From positions 1 to 43,710 of the forward strand of contig JBCCQQ010000054.1 in assembly GCA_039024555.1 (NCBI GenBank): a stretch of DNA of 43,710 nucleotides, given 5' to 3'. Positions 28,599 to 37,406 of the stretch are shown here, piece by piece. A model generated the notes under the pieces. It searched no databases, was not told the DNA's origin, and was given only the letters and a program-made list of their open reading frames with translations. The DNA comes from Cyanobacteria bacterium P01_D01_bin.156. Lineage in GTDB: Bacteria; Cyanobacteriota; Cyanobacteriia; Phormidesmidales; Phormidesmidaceae. The position numbers and the translations under genes are program-made. Numbering within the stretch: position 1 is the first letter of the stretch; each line of letters opens with the position of its first letter.

Positions 28599-29306
28599 AT
28601 GGGTTGGAAAATGCCACGTCAGAGTGGTTGGCAGGCGCTGCAATTCTCTAACGCACTTGCTGTGAGTAGTACTGGTGCTTTAGTGACCATGACTATTCTG
28701 CTTGGGCCTATGTTAGAGGTTGCTTGGGCAAATAATGGAGATAGTGTGCCATCCAGTTCTCGATTTACCTGTGAGGTGCAAAATGGTGAATACACGGTGG
28801 TGTATCGTCCAAAAAGTACCCCTAATCAAGCTTATCCTTGGGCTGTACCCACTGAGTTAGGAGGGGGTTGGACCCCACAAAGACGATGTGAGACTATTAG
28901 TGCCCGTTTAGAAGAGTATCGACCTGATAGGTTAGTTGAACTCCGTACGGATGTTGAGAATGGCTATAATACCGTCTGTGCGACTACCGAAGAAAATCTA
29001 GATAGTTGCAGAATTGTGTTTACTGTACCTCCAGGACAAGATCCCATAGCCACTCGTGATGCAGTTTTTTCGAACATTACATTGGCTGACGCTGGTACAG
29101 ATACCAGTGCAGTCAATACGTTCGTTGGGACTACTCGGTTGCCAGGGTCTGATCTATTTAGACTCGGTTCTCGTAATAACTCCATCAATGATGTACTTGG
29201 TGAAGTTTTAATGGGACAACCTGCTCCTGGTCACCGGAGTTATCGTGGCATTTATTTGAAGCCGTTTTTGGATCCAGTCGATGGTGGGACAGGGGATTAT
29301 CTTTAA
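28599..29306 (+). CDS. COP23 (circadian oscillating protein) domain protein, probably exported
   Basis: Signal-like N-terminus; RFTC, GGGWTPQRRCETISARL, ENGYNTVCA, CRIVFTVPPG. Confidence 0.8.
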   Translation: MGWKMPRQSGWQALQFSNALAVSSTGALVTMTILLGPMLEVAWANNGDSVPSSSRFTCEVQNGEYTVVYRPKSTPNQAYPWAVPTELGGGWTPQRRCETISARLEEYRPDRLVELRTDVENGYNTVCATTEENLDSCRIVFTVPPGQDPIATRDAVFSNITLADAGTDTSAVNTFVGTTRLPGSDLFRLGSRNNSINDVLGEVLMGQPAPGHRSYRGIYLKPFLDPVDGGTGDYL

Positions 29307-29338
29307 TGTTTAGCTTTCTTACAAGCGAAACCTAAGGA

Positions 29339-30325
29339 CTAAGCCGAAAGGGAATCTGACCAAAGACCTTGCATTTCTAGCCACTCACGATTGAACAATT
29401 TAGACTGGTAGCGAGAGCCACTGTCACATAAAACAGTCACAATGGTGTGACCAGGCCCCATTTGTTGTGCAAGAGCATAAGCGGCTCCAACATTGATGCC
29501 AACGGACCCACCCATAAATAGGCCCTCTTTGTGAAGGAGTTGATACACTACTCGTAGGGCTTCTGGATCATCAATCTGGATTGCGTCATCGGCAGGAGCA
29601 CCCGACATATTACCGGTAACCCGTCCGTTGCCAATGCCTTCGGTTACGGAGTTACCTTCAGATTTAATTTCACCTGTTTTGACGTAGCTATATAAGCCAC
29701 TACCCATGGGATCAGCAACTACGCATTTGATATCAGGGTTTTTCTCTTTTAGGAACATTGCTGTGCCAGCATAGGTGCCTCCAGTACCTGTTGCTGCAAC
29801 CCACGCATCTACCTTGCCAGCAGTCTGTTGCCAAACCTCTGGACCAGTTGTTTCATAATGAGCCTGTCGATTGGCTAAATTCTCGAACTGGTTAGCCCAA
29901 ATTGCATTTTCCATGTCTTCGGCTAGTCTGCCGGAGACCTTAACATAGTTGTTCGGGTCTCGATAGGGAACAGCCGGTACGGTGCGGACATCGGCACCTA
30001 AGGTGCGTAGTAAATCTATTTTTTCCTTGGATTGGGTTTCTGGGATGATAATGACGCACTTATATCCTTTGGCATTACAAATATGTGTCAGACCAATGCC
30101 GGTGTTGCCTGCGGTGCCTTCTACAACAGTTCCCCCTGGCTTAAGTAAGCCTTTTTTTTCTGCATCTTGGATAATAAAAAGCGCTGCTCGATCCTTGACG
30201 GAACCACCAGGATTCAGAAATTCAGCTTTTCCAAGGATTTCGCAACCGGTTTCGTCAGAGAAACTATTCAGCCGAATCAGCGGAGTGTTGCCAACGGTGC
30301 CAACAAAACCTTGCGTGATATCCAT
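29339..30325 (-). CDS. cysK: Cysteine synthase (PLP-dependent)
   Basis: GNTPLIRL, KAEFLNPGGSVKDR (PLP Lys), EGTAGNTGIG, NQFEN, GTGGT, CDSGSRY. Confidence 0.9.
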   Translation of the reverse strand: MDITQGFVGTVGNTPLIRLNSFSDETGCEILGKAEFLNPGGSVKDRAALFIIQDAEKKGLLKPGGTVVEGTAGNTGIGLTHICNAKGYKCVIIIPETQSKEKIDLLRTLGADVRTVPAVPYRDPNNYVKVSGRLAEDMENAIWANQFENLANRQAHYETTGPEVWQQTAGKVDAWVAATGTGGTYAGTAMFLKEKNPDIKCVVADPMGSGLYSYVKTGEIKSEGNSVTEGIGNGRVTGNMSGAPADDAIQIDDPEALRVVYQLLHKEGLFMGGSVGINVGAAYALAQQMGPGHTIVTVLCDSGSRYQSKLFNREWLEMQGLWSDSLSA

Positions 30326-30409
30326 GGGAATCTTTGTGCAGTAAACCAGCTTTTTTATCCTAATGGGGAATGGTGCAGGGAAAACGAAGGTCTTGAATAA
30401 TTTACTGTC

Positions 30410-31369
30410 TTATGACCACAGACTGATATCTATGGATGTTGCTAAAGGAGGGATCTTGTCAATTAAGTTTGCTTGGGCTAGCTGTTGAGCAGATTGCTGC
30501 CATCTTTTCGGATTAATTACGCCAATGGGGTGGCGTTGAGGCTGTACATAATCAGCCAGGATCTCTAGGGATGCAGTTTGATAGTCAATATCTTGATAGT
30601 TCGGTTCAACATACTGATTAACTAATATTCTTGCCGTTTGAGATGGATGAGTAATTGCCCAGCGCCAGCCTGAAAATGTGGCATTTAAAAATTTAGCAAG
30701 CATCTGTGGCTGATTCTTTATCAACGAGTGGGATGTAAAAATCACTTGGCTATAGACGTCAAATCCATAGTCTTTGAAAGCAAGGACACATGGTGGTTGA
30801 CCAATGCGATGAGCGAGCTCAATGGGCTCATCTAAGGCGTAGCATTGGACAGCGTCAAAGGTGCCATTGCTTAATAGTTTGTGTTTGTTAACGTAAGGGA
30901 TATCAGTAATGTCTAGTTCTCTGGGATCAATACTCCATTGATTAAGGACTAGTTCCAGTGCTTTGCGACCGTCGCTATGAATACCTACGCGTTTACCAAT
31001 AAGCTCTTGTAGATTCTTTAAACCTGATTGAGGCAAACTCATAAGTGCAAGGGGAGATGCTTGCAGCATGCTTGCGATCGCAACTATCGGAATGCCCTTG
31101 GCTTGGGCTGATAAAATCAATGACTCTTCAGCACAGCCAATCGTCCAGGGTTGCGATACTACGGTTTGAACAACATCGGTGTCGGGTGATGCCGGGACTA
31201 GCGTTACATTGAGCCCTTGATGGCGATAGTACCCGTTATCCTGAGCGATGCAGAGTCCAGCAAACTGAGCATTTAAATGCCAGTCCAACTGCATTGTGAG
31301 GCTTGATGAAGGTTGTATGGGTAGTAAGCCTAGAGAGGCTTGTAACAGTGTCCGTCGTGATATCACCAT
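30410..31369 (-). CDS. NMT1/THI5-like ABC substrate-binding protein with a Tat-like signal
   Basis: SRRTLL; LDWHLNAQFAG...A.DNGYY...GLNV; ELIGKRVG; FLNATFSGWRWA. Confidence 0.85.
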   Translation of the reverse strand: MVISRRTLLQASLGLLPIQPSSSLTMQLDWHLNAQFAGLCIAQDNGYYRHQGLNVTLVPASPDTDVVQTVVSQPWTIGCAEESLILSAQAKGIPIVAIASMLQASPLALMSLPQSGLKNLQELIGKRVGIHSDGRKALELVLNQWSIDPRELDITDIPYVNKHKLLSNGTFDAVQCYALDEPIELAHRIGQPPCVLAFKDYGFDVYSQVIFTSHSLIKNQPQMLAKFLNATFSGWRWAITHPSQTARILVNQYVEPNYQDIDYQTASLEILADYVQPQRHPIGVINPKRWQQSAQQLAQANLIDKIPPLATSIDISLWS

Positions 31370-31637
31370 AGTGTTTTTATCAGGCTATGGATAATTGTGA
31401 CCAATAAACTATAGTTTTCATCGACCACGTGAGCAGTTTGAGTCATTGAACTAAACTCATGATTACTTAATGATCCATTTTAAGAAACTTCAAGGTCTAA
31501 AACTTGCCTAATATCGAGGTTTGCAGCCTGGACCGGGCAATCTAACCCTATAACATCTGTCGATTAGGGCAGATAGTGTGCCTGAAAGCTCAGTGGCTAA
31601 TACTTAGCCTATCTGAAGTAATACATGCATCCGACGA

Positions 31638-32951
31638 TTGTTATCGGACACCAGTGGGAAAGTAATGGTTTGCAGTGAAAAAACACTTGAAATTGTGGCC
31701 CCTAGTGACGAACTATGGCCTCAACTGTTTAACCATTTAAGTACGGCTGTTTGTCTCAAAACGCTCGATGGTCAATGGCTTTATGCTAATAGAGCTAGTC
31801 ATCGTCTATGGCTCCATAACACTGTGAATCAAAGTCAGCCTAGTACTGATCTTGACTACTTGCCTGCCGATCAAATTGAAACCTTTGCCCAAGCTGATGC
31901 TCAGGTGATTCAGTCCCGGACCCCGGTTGAGTTTAGAAGTTATACACCGACTCAAACTCCTGTCATGGTTCGTAAATCTCTGCTTATCATTAGTCATGAA
32001 CACCCCTATATCCTGACCGAGTGTCAGGAGCTTTGCCAAGATAACGTTGCTCAGCTAGATAAACAGCCCGCTGTGCTCGAAGCCACTTTACAGGAACTCC
32101 AGCAAACTCAACTCCAGCTTGTACAGCATGAAAAGATGTCTAGCCTAGGGCAGCTGATGGCCGGGGTTGCTCATGAAATCAATAATCCGGTGAACTTTAT
32201 CTATGGCAATATTCGTCATGCACAGTCCTATGCACAAGAACTGATTGAGTTAGTGAGTGCCTATGGTTCTTCGAATATTCGACCTACGGATGAAGTCCAA
32301 ACCTTATTGGATGACATTGATTTAGACTTCATGATGGTTGATCTACCTAAAGTCCTATCATCCATGAGCGTTGGTGCTGAAAGAATTCGGGCTATCGTGT
32401 CATCCTTGCGCACATTTTCACGCATGGATGAGGCCGATATGAAAACTGTGAATTTGCATGATGGCCTCAACAGCACCTTAATGATTTTAGAGCATCGCTT
32501 TAAGTGCAATGACTCACGCTCAGCCATTACTGTTGACAAGCAATATGGTGAATTACCTTTGGTAGAGTGTTATGCGGGCCAGCTGAATCAAGTATTTATG
32601 AATTTATTGGTGAATGCCATTGATGCCATTGAAGAGGCCTTAGATGCACACGCTATCGCTGCTCCTTTAAAGATTACGATCTCGACCCATGTAGTGGAGC
32701 AGCTAGCCATTATCGCGATTCATAATGGTGGACCACCGATTCCAGCAGACATTCAGCCGCGATTGTTTGACCCCTTTTTTACGACCAAACCAGTAGGTAA
32801 AGGCACCGGTATGGGGCTATCTATCAGCTATCAAATTGTTAATGAACGTCATGGTGGTCAGTTACTGTGTGAATCTACCCACCCAAAAGGGACGACGTTC
32901 ACGATTAAGCTACCTCTCAAAACTAGAGCCAATGGAGCTAAGAGTCTCTAG
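31638..32951 (+). CDS. Soluble PAS-containing sensor histidine kinase
   Basis: PAS-like N-terminus, EKMSSLGQLMAGVAHEINNP H box, QVFMNLLVNAIDA, FDPFFTTKPVGKGTGMGL. Possible start at ATG 31665. Confidence 0.92.
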   Translation: MLSDTSGKVMVCSEKTLEIVAPSDELWPQLFNHLSTAVCLKTLDGQWLYANRASHRLWLHNTVNQSQPSTDLDYLPADQIETFAQADAQVIQSRTPVEFRSYTPTQTPVMVRKSLLIISHEHPYILTECQELCQDNVAQLDKQPAVLEATLQELQQTQLQLVQHEKMSSLGQLMAGVAHEINNPVNFIYGNIRHAQSYAQELIELVSAYGSSNIRPTDEVQTLLDDIDLDFMMVDLPKVLSSMSVGAERIRAIVSSLRTFSRMDEADMKTVNLHDGLNSTLMILEHRFKCNDSRSAITVDKQYGELPLVECYAGQLNQVFMNLLVNAIDAIEEALDAHAIAAPLKITISTHVVEQLAIIAIHNGGPPIPADIQPRLFDPFFTTKPVGKGTGMGLSISYQIVNERHGGQLLCESTHPKGTTFTIKLPLKTRANGAKSL

Positions 32952-33077
32952 AGACTATCCTTGAACTCTAATTGTGTTGTCAGATCACTGTGGCTTTTGT
33001 AACCGTTATTCCGCCAACATAAAAAGTCTGGTAGGTAATCTTTAGCAGTTCTCTCAAGCTCTAAAGAACATGCAACT

Positions 33078-33102
33078 AAAAAGGATGCTCAATAGAGCAC
33101 CC
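33078..33102 (-). terminator. Rho-independent terminator of the peroxiredoxin gene
   Basis: Minus strand reads GGGTGCTC-TATT-GAGCATCC-TTTTT. Confidence 0.75.
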
Positions 33103-33146
33103 TAAAAGATTGCCATCATGGATTATGCTCGTTTGAGCATGACCCT

Positions 33147-33788
33147 CTATTTGTTTGGCTGAGGGGTCATGCGCAGGTAAGGCTTGACCTCTGTAACTCC
33201 TTTGGGAAACTGTTGTTTTGCATCTTCTGTGGAGATGGAAGGAACGACGACACAGTCGCCACCATCTTGCCAGTTAGCAGGAGTTGCAACCTTGTGATAA
33301 TCAGTAAGCTGTAGTGAGTCAATCACTCGGAGGATTTCATCAAAGTTCCGTCCTGTGCTAGCTGGGTATGTGATTGAAAGACGCAGCTTCTTGTTGGGAT
33401 CAATGACAAACACGGATCGTACGGTCAGAGTATTACCAGTACTGGAGTTTGGATGAATCATCCCATATAGCTCAGAGACCTTCTTGTCTTCGTCTGCCAG
33501 AATGGGGTAGTCAACGTTGGTGCTTTGGGTTTCGTTAATATCGCCAATCCAACCATTGTGAGACTCTACGCCATCAACGCTTAGAGCGATGGTTTTCACA
33601 TTCCGCTTGTCGAACTCGGCGCGGTACTTCGCTACGGTACCAAGCTCAGTAGTACATACGGGTGTGTAATCAGCAGGGTGAGAGAATAGAACGACCCAGC
33701 TATCGCCAGCCCACTCATAAAAGTTGATATCCCCAGCGGAAGATTTCTGGGTAAAGTCTGGGACTTGATCCCCTAGTTGAAGAGCCAT
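33147..33788 (-). CDS. 1-Cys peroxiredoxin (Prx6 family)
   Basis: FSHPADYTPVCTTE, YPASTGRNFDEILR, ATPANW. Confidence 0.95.
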   Translation of the reverse strand: MALQLGDQVPDFTQKSSAGDINFYEWAGDSWVVLFSHPADYTPVCTTELGTVAKYRAEFDKRNVKTIALSVDGVESHNGWIGDINETQSTNVDYPILADEDKKVSELYGMIHPNSSTGNTLTVRSVFVIDPNKKLRLSITYPASTGRNFDEILRVIDSLQLTDYHKVATPANWQDGGDCVVVPSISTEDAKQQFPKGVTEVKPYLRMTPQPNK

Positions 33789-33866
33789 AACCGAATTTCC
33801 TGATTATTTCCTTACTTGAAAAGTGCTTTGAGCAATGCCTCTAGGCTATCTGCAATAAGCGTCTCA

Positions 33867-33911
33867 TAAACCCCGGTATTCCGGTCGGAGTTTAGATGAT
33901 TCTTAATCATC
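33867..33911. promoter_or_regulatory. Two adjacent palindromes upstream of the peroxiredoxin gene, candidate operators
   Basis: Imperfect TAAACCCCG...CGGAGTTTA (33867-33894) and perfect GATGATT-CTT-AATCATC (33895-33911). Confidence 0.4.
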
Positions 33912-34236
33912 CTAACCTGAAAGGACTCAAATGGTATCAACTGCGCCAGACATATCCGATAAAATCTGTATATTTTTTAACTTGATTGCAGTCTGTGGCT
34001 CAGCCTGAGGGCAGCGTTTGACAGCTGAAGTTGGCTATCAATCAGGGCGAGCAAATGTCATCAATTGCTGTGGGAAACGGCGACATGATTTCCGCTTATG
34101 TTGGGGATGATGGTGCGTGCATCGTCAATTGATTAAATCCCTTGAATTAATGGGGATATTTTTACAGCCGTTGATACATGCCGTAACTTCCCAAATACCA
34201 ATTAAGCTTAGGAACTGTAGCGTCAAAGGAAAATTC

Positions 34237-34935
34237 ATGGCAGAGACAGCGAAACGAGTCCTGTTAGTAGATGATGAACCCGGTCTGCGTGAAGCAGTGC
34301 AGGCTTACTTAGAGGACAGTGACTTTGAGGTTCGTACCGCCAGTAATGCAGCAGATGGAATGGAGTTGCTGCAACAAGAAACGCCAGACGTATTGATTTC
34401 AGACATTATGATGCCTGAAGTTGATGGTTATGCGTTTTTGAAACAGGTGCGTGAAGATCCCCGCTACAAGTCATTACCCGTGATTTTTCTGACGGCTCGA
34501 GGCATGACGAGCGATCGCATCCAGGGCTACAACGCTGGTTGTGACGCTTACCTGTCTAAACCATTCGATCCAGAAGAACTAGTGGCTATGGTGACGAACC
34601 TCATTGAGCGTCAAGCTGCTCGTGTGCCAGAGGCAGGGGCAACGCCTGATATTGCTGCCATGGCACGCCAAATAGAGGAAATTAAAGCTCTTCTAACCCA
34701 ACGAGGCACCATCCCTCAAAAAACATCGCCTATTCGTATTGATTTAACTCCCCGTGAGCAAGATGTCCTTAATCTGGTGGCAGAGGGGCTGATGAATAAA
34801 GAAATTGCGAGTCGGTTAGGGACTACGGTGCGGAATGTCGAAAAATACGTCAGTCGTTTATTTGGTAAAACCGGTACGAATAGCCGTACAGAGTTGGTTC
34901 GGTTTGCCTTGGAGCACGGCTTGGTGACGACGTAG
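34237..34935 (+). CDS. ycf29: NarL/LuxR-family response regulator (Ycf29/Rre1 type)
   Basis: LLVDDEPGLREAV, SDIMMP, FLTARGMTSDRIQGY, LTPREQ...EGLMNKEIA...RNVEKYVSRL. Start placed at ATG 34237 with AAGGA RBS. Confidence 0.88.
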   Translation: MAETAKRVLLVDDEPGLREAVQAYLEDSDFEVRTASNAADGMELLQQETPDVLISDIMMPEVDGYAFLKQVREDPRYKSLPVIFLTARGMTSDRIQGYNAGCDAYLSKPFDPEELVAMVTNLIERQAARVPEAGATPDIAAMARQIEEIKALLTQRGTIPQKTSPIRIDLTPREQDVLNLVAEGLMNKEIASRLGTTVRNVEKYVSRLFGKTGTNSRTELVRFALEHGLVTT

Positions 34936-35047
34936 TAGTAGTGCAGAGTAAGGCTACAAAAATGCTTGCCAATAGGGAGTAGGTATGATGGCACTCTTGT
35001 CCTGATTCCTGCCCCTAGGTGAACGTTCGACTCAATCAATCAAATAA

Positions 35048-35470
35048 TCAATCAAATAAATTTAGCGGAAAGGGTCCATAGGTACCGTTGACGAGGTCAT
35101 ACTCCGGCTCACTGCTGTGGAATGAAACTAAAACTCCCCGGTTGGGGCCGCTGTAGTCATCAAGGTACCAGGCTCCTTTGAGGGTATTGAATTTTAGATA
35201 AACTGCTCCATCTCGAGGCGGTAAGTCCAGGTTAATGGGCCGGGCAAACTTTTCGACATAGGCTTCAGTGGCAGCTTTGCCAGCGGCTAGAGTATCTGTG
35301 CAAATACCCAAAGTTTCGTATTCCGCCAGCTCGCTAAACCAAAGCAAAGCGTCTATCAGTTCTTGCTTTTGATTTTGAGAGAGCTTAGGTGGAACAACCA
35401 AGCAGCTAAACTGAGCCAGCTGCTGACGAACCTTTTTGATGTTTTCGGGTGTGGGTTTTAGCTGGAGCAT
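35048..35470 (-). CDS. DUF1824-like conserved cyanobacterial protein
   Basis: LGIC.DT, G.VYLKFN, Y.DDY.G..RGVLVS, YGPFPLNLF pattern. Confidence 0.75.
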   Translation of the reverse strand: MLQLKPTPENIKKVRQQLAQFSCLVVPPKLSQNQKQELIDALLWFSELAEYETLGICTDTLAAGKAATEAYVEKFARPINLDLPPRDGAVYLKFNTLKGAWYLDDYSGPNRGVLVSFHSSEPEYDLVNGTYGPFPLNLFD

Positions 35471-35593
35471 AGCGTTAAAAGCAGGCTCGCTATGATTTAC
35501 AGGGGGTAGGGTTGGGATTTAGGAACAGATGGGCTCACTAGATCACAACAGTGCCGCCTATGCGGCAACCATTATGCCATTGACTCTACACCT

Positions 35594-36358
35594 ATGATAA
35601 TGACCTGTGAGCGCAGCCAAGAGCAGGTTGCCTGTTATAACCTGCGGGTAAAGGATATGCCTACCGATCAGCGCCCGCGGGAACGGTTAATGGCTTATGG
35701 AGCGCAAAACCTCTCTGTAGCTGAGTTATTGGCGATTTTACTGGGTACGGGAGTAAGTCGTGGGCAAAAACTATCTGCCGTTAATTTAGGGCAGCATATC
35801 CTCAATGAATTAGCCCAAGAAGGGAGGTCGGTTCTAGATGCTCTACGGAATGTGACTTATCAAGAGCTGATGGAGGTGCCGGGTATTGGTCCCGCGAAGG
35901 CAACTACTATTCTCGCAGCGTTAGAGTTAGGCAAACGCGTGGTACAAAATCGACCTTCCGATCTCACCCTAGTAGATGATCCCGCTATTGCGGCAGCAGC
36001 CCTGAGCCAAGATCTAATGTGGCAGGCGCAAGAGAAATTTGCGATCGCTCTTTTAGATATAAAACATCGGCTTTTAGGCACCAAAGTAATTTCTTTAGGT
36101 ACAGCAACAGAAACCTTGGCCCATCCCCGTGAGATTTTTCGTGAAGTGATCAAACAGGGCGCAACACGAGTGATTGTGGCCCATAACCATCCCAGCGGTA
36201 GTTTAGAGCCAAGTCTCGCTGATCTCCATTTGACGCGTCAGCTACTACAAAGTGCTGACATTCTGGGTATTCCTCTGTTGGACCATCTGATTTTAGGCAA
36301 TGGAGACTTTGTGAGTCTAAGACAAACTACAGATCTGTGGGATCAATCAGATGAGTAA
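35594..36358 (+). CDS. radC: RadC family protein (JAB domain)
   Basis: [23 protein letters not shown] (HhH), HPREIF, AHNHPSG...PS.AD, LLDHLI. Confidence 0.96.
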   Translation: MIMTCERSQEQVACYNLRVKDMPTDQRPRERLMAYGAQNLSVAELLAILLGTGVSRGQKLSAVNLGQHILNELAQEGRSVLDALRNVTYQELMEVPGIGPAKATTILAALELGKRVVQNRPSDLTLVDDPAIAAAALSQDLMWQAQEKFAIALLDIKHRLLGTKVISLGTATETLAHPREIFREVIKQGATRVIVAHNHPSGSLEPSLADLHLTRQLLQSADILGIPLLDHLILGNGDFVSLRQTTDLWDQSDE

Positions 36359-37225
36359 AGAGCATCTGAGCAGATAGTGGCTAGGTAATTTTCTTGACCT
36401 ATCTTTAGTGTGTGTCATGTTGTCATTGACTTTAAGAAGCGTGGCAACATTATTCGGGAATCTCACGCCGAGAGAGTTTATCTCAATGAATATTCAAGAA
36501 AATAGTTGTTCTAGATAAAAAAAAATATTCCTTTACGATCGTTCATAAAGTCTCGGCGCTTACAGATGAATTACTGGAATACATAGTCTGCAAATCTGAT
36601 TGATATAGCCATTGTGGCGTTGCTGACCCTCGGGATGGGGGCATCTGTCATATTCAAGTAACTGGTCAGTTCTGTAGATCGTTGCATCCCCTCAATCAGC
36701 AACGGCGACATTGTTTTCTTCAGCAGGAGCAGTAAAAAGACCGTAAATTGAATTTATCACAATGCTTTGTGGGAATATCTATGTTAGGAAATCAGGTTTT
36801 CTGGCGTTTTTGTGGGACATCTTACAGATGTTGCTCTACAGGTATCTTTGTCGTTTTTTCAGCCTGCTAAAGCTCTAAATTTAGAATGAAGAATACCTAT
36901 GCATTGCGTTTGAAGAAAGTATAGTTGAGGTCTGCTTAGCCTGAAATGTTTTGCTGAAATTGTTGTTATCAAAAATTGATTCTTGTTTATATTTTGAATG
37001 CAAGTTAATGTTAGCGATGCTAGTCCTGTTGTGTAATGGTCACATCGTTGATTGTCGCCGTAACAATCGTAACGGTTCATTTGCTGTGAGATAGGTTAAA
37101 AGTTGAGCTTGGTGACTATTGAGTGGTGACACCAATTTGTTAAGAAATCATGGAGTTCTGCACGTTGTTTATCGACATCAATAGTGAGATTTTTGTTTAA
37201 GTGACTGCGGAACTCTCAGGGATAG

Positions 37226-37241
37226 ATAGAACTTGGCCTAT
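37226..37241. promoter_or_regulatory. Candidate NdhR/CcmR box ATAG-N8-CTAT
   Basis: ATAG-AACTTGGC-CTAT exact match about 165 bp upstream of the BicA-family gene. Confidence 0.4.
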
Positions 37242-37406
37242 TCTTCGCATCAGTAGAAAATGTGGTCAAGCCTCTCCCTAAACGCTTCTTGGAGAATTAT
37301 TTTCTCGTAATTGTGATGCTGATGATGGTGATTCTTAGGCACCTCATTGGCAATCTTCTTTGCTCTTTATCGGTTAACTCAGTGCTTTTGGAGTTAGACA
37401 TCCACT

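Noticed and set aside
31370..31637. TPP riboswitch upstream of the THI5-like gene
   Set aside because: The CTGAGA and ACCTGA...TAATGC..GCG.AGG core elements are not found on the minus strand.
34117..34236. 40 aa N-terminal extension of the response regulator in the ORF track
   Set aside because: Homology begins at ATG 34237, which has an AAGGA RBS.
34960..35040. tRNA suggested by GTTCGA and GC-rich stems
   Set aside because: No T-arm pairing around GTTCGA, no acceptor stem and no cloverleaf; more likely an imperfect hairpin between convergent genes.
35594..36358. radC as a marker of a mobile or anti-restriction island
   Set aside because: This is the full-length chromosomal form with N-terminal and HhH regions, in a core-gene context.
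37058..37075. NtcA box upstream of the SulP gene (GTA-N8-AAC within CCGTAAC-AATC-GTAACGG)
   Set aside because: It mismatches GTA-N8-TAC and has no convincing downstream -10 element; too weak to call.
36859..37080. 73 aa minus-strand ORF in the radC-SulP interval
   Set aside because: AT-rich, with no motif and no RBS; likely non-coding promoter DNA.
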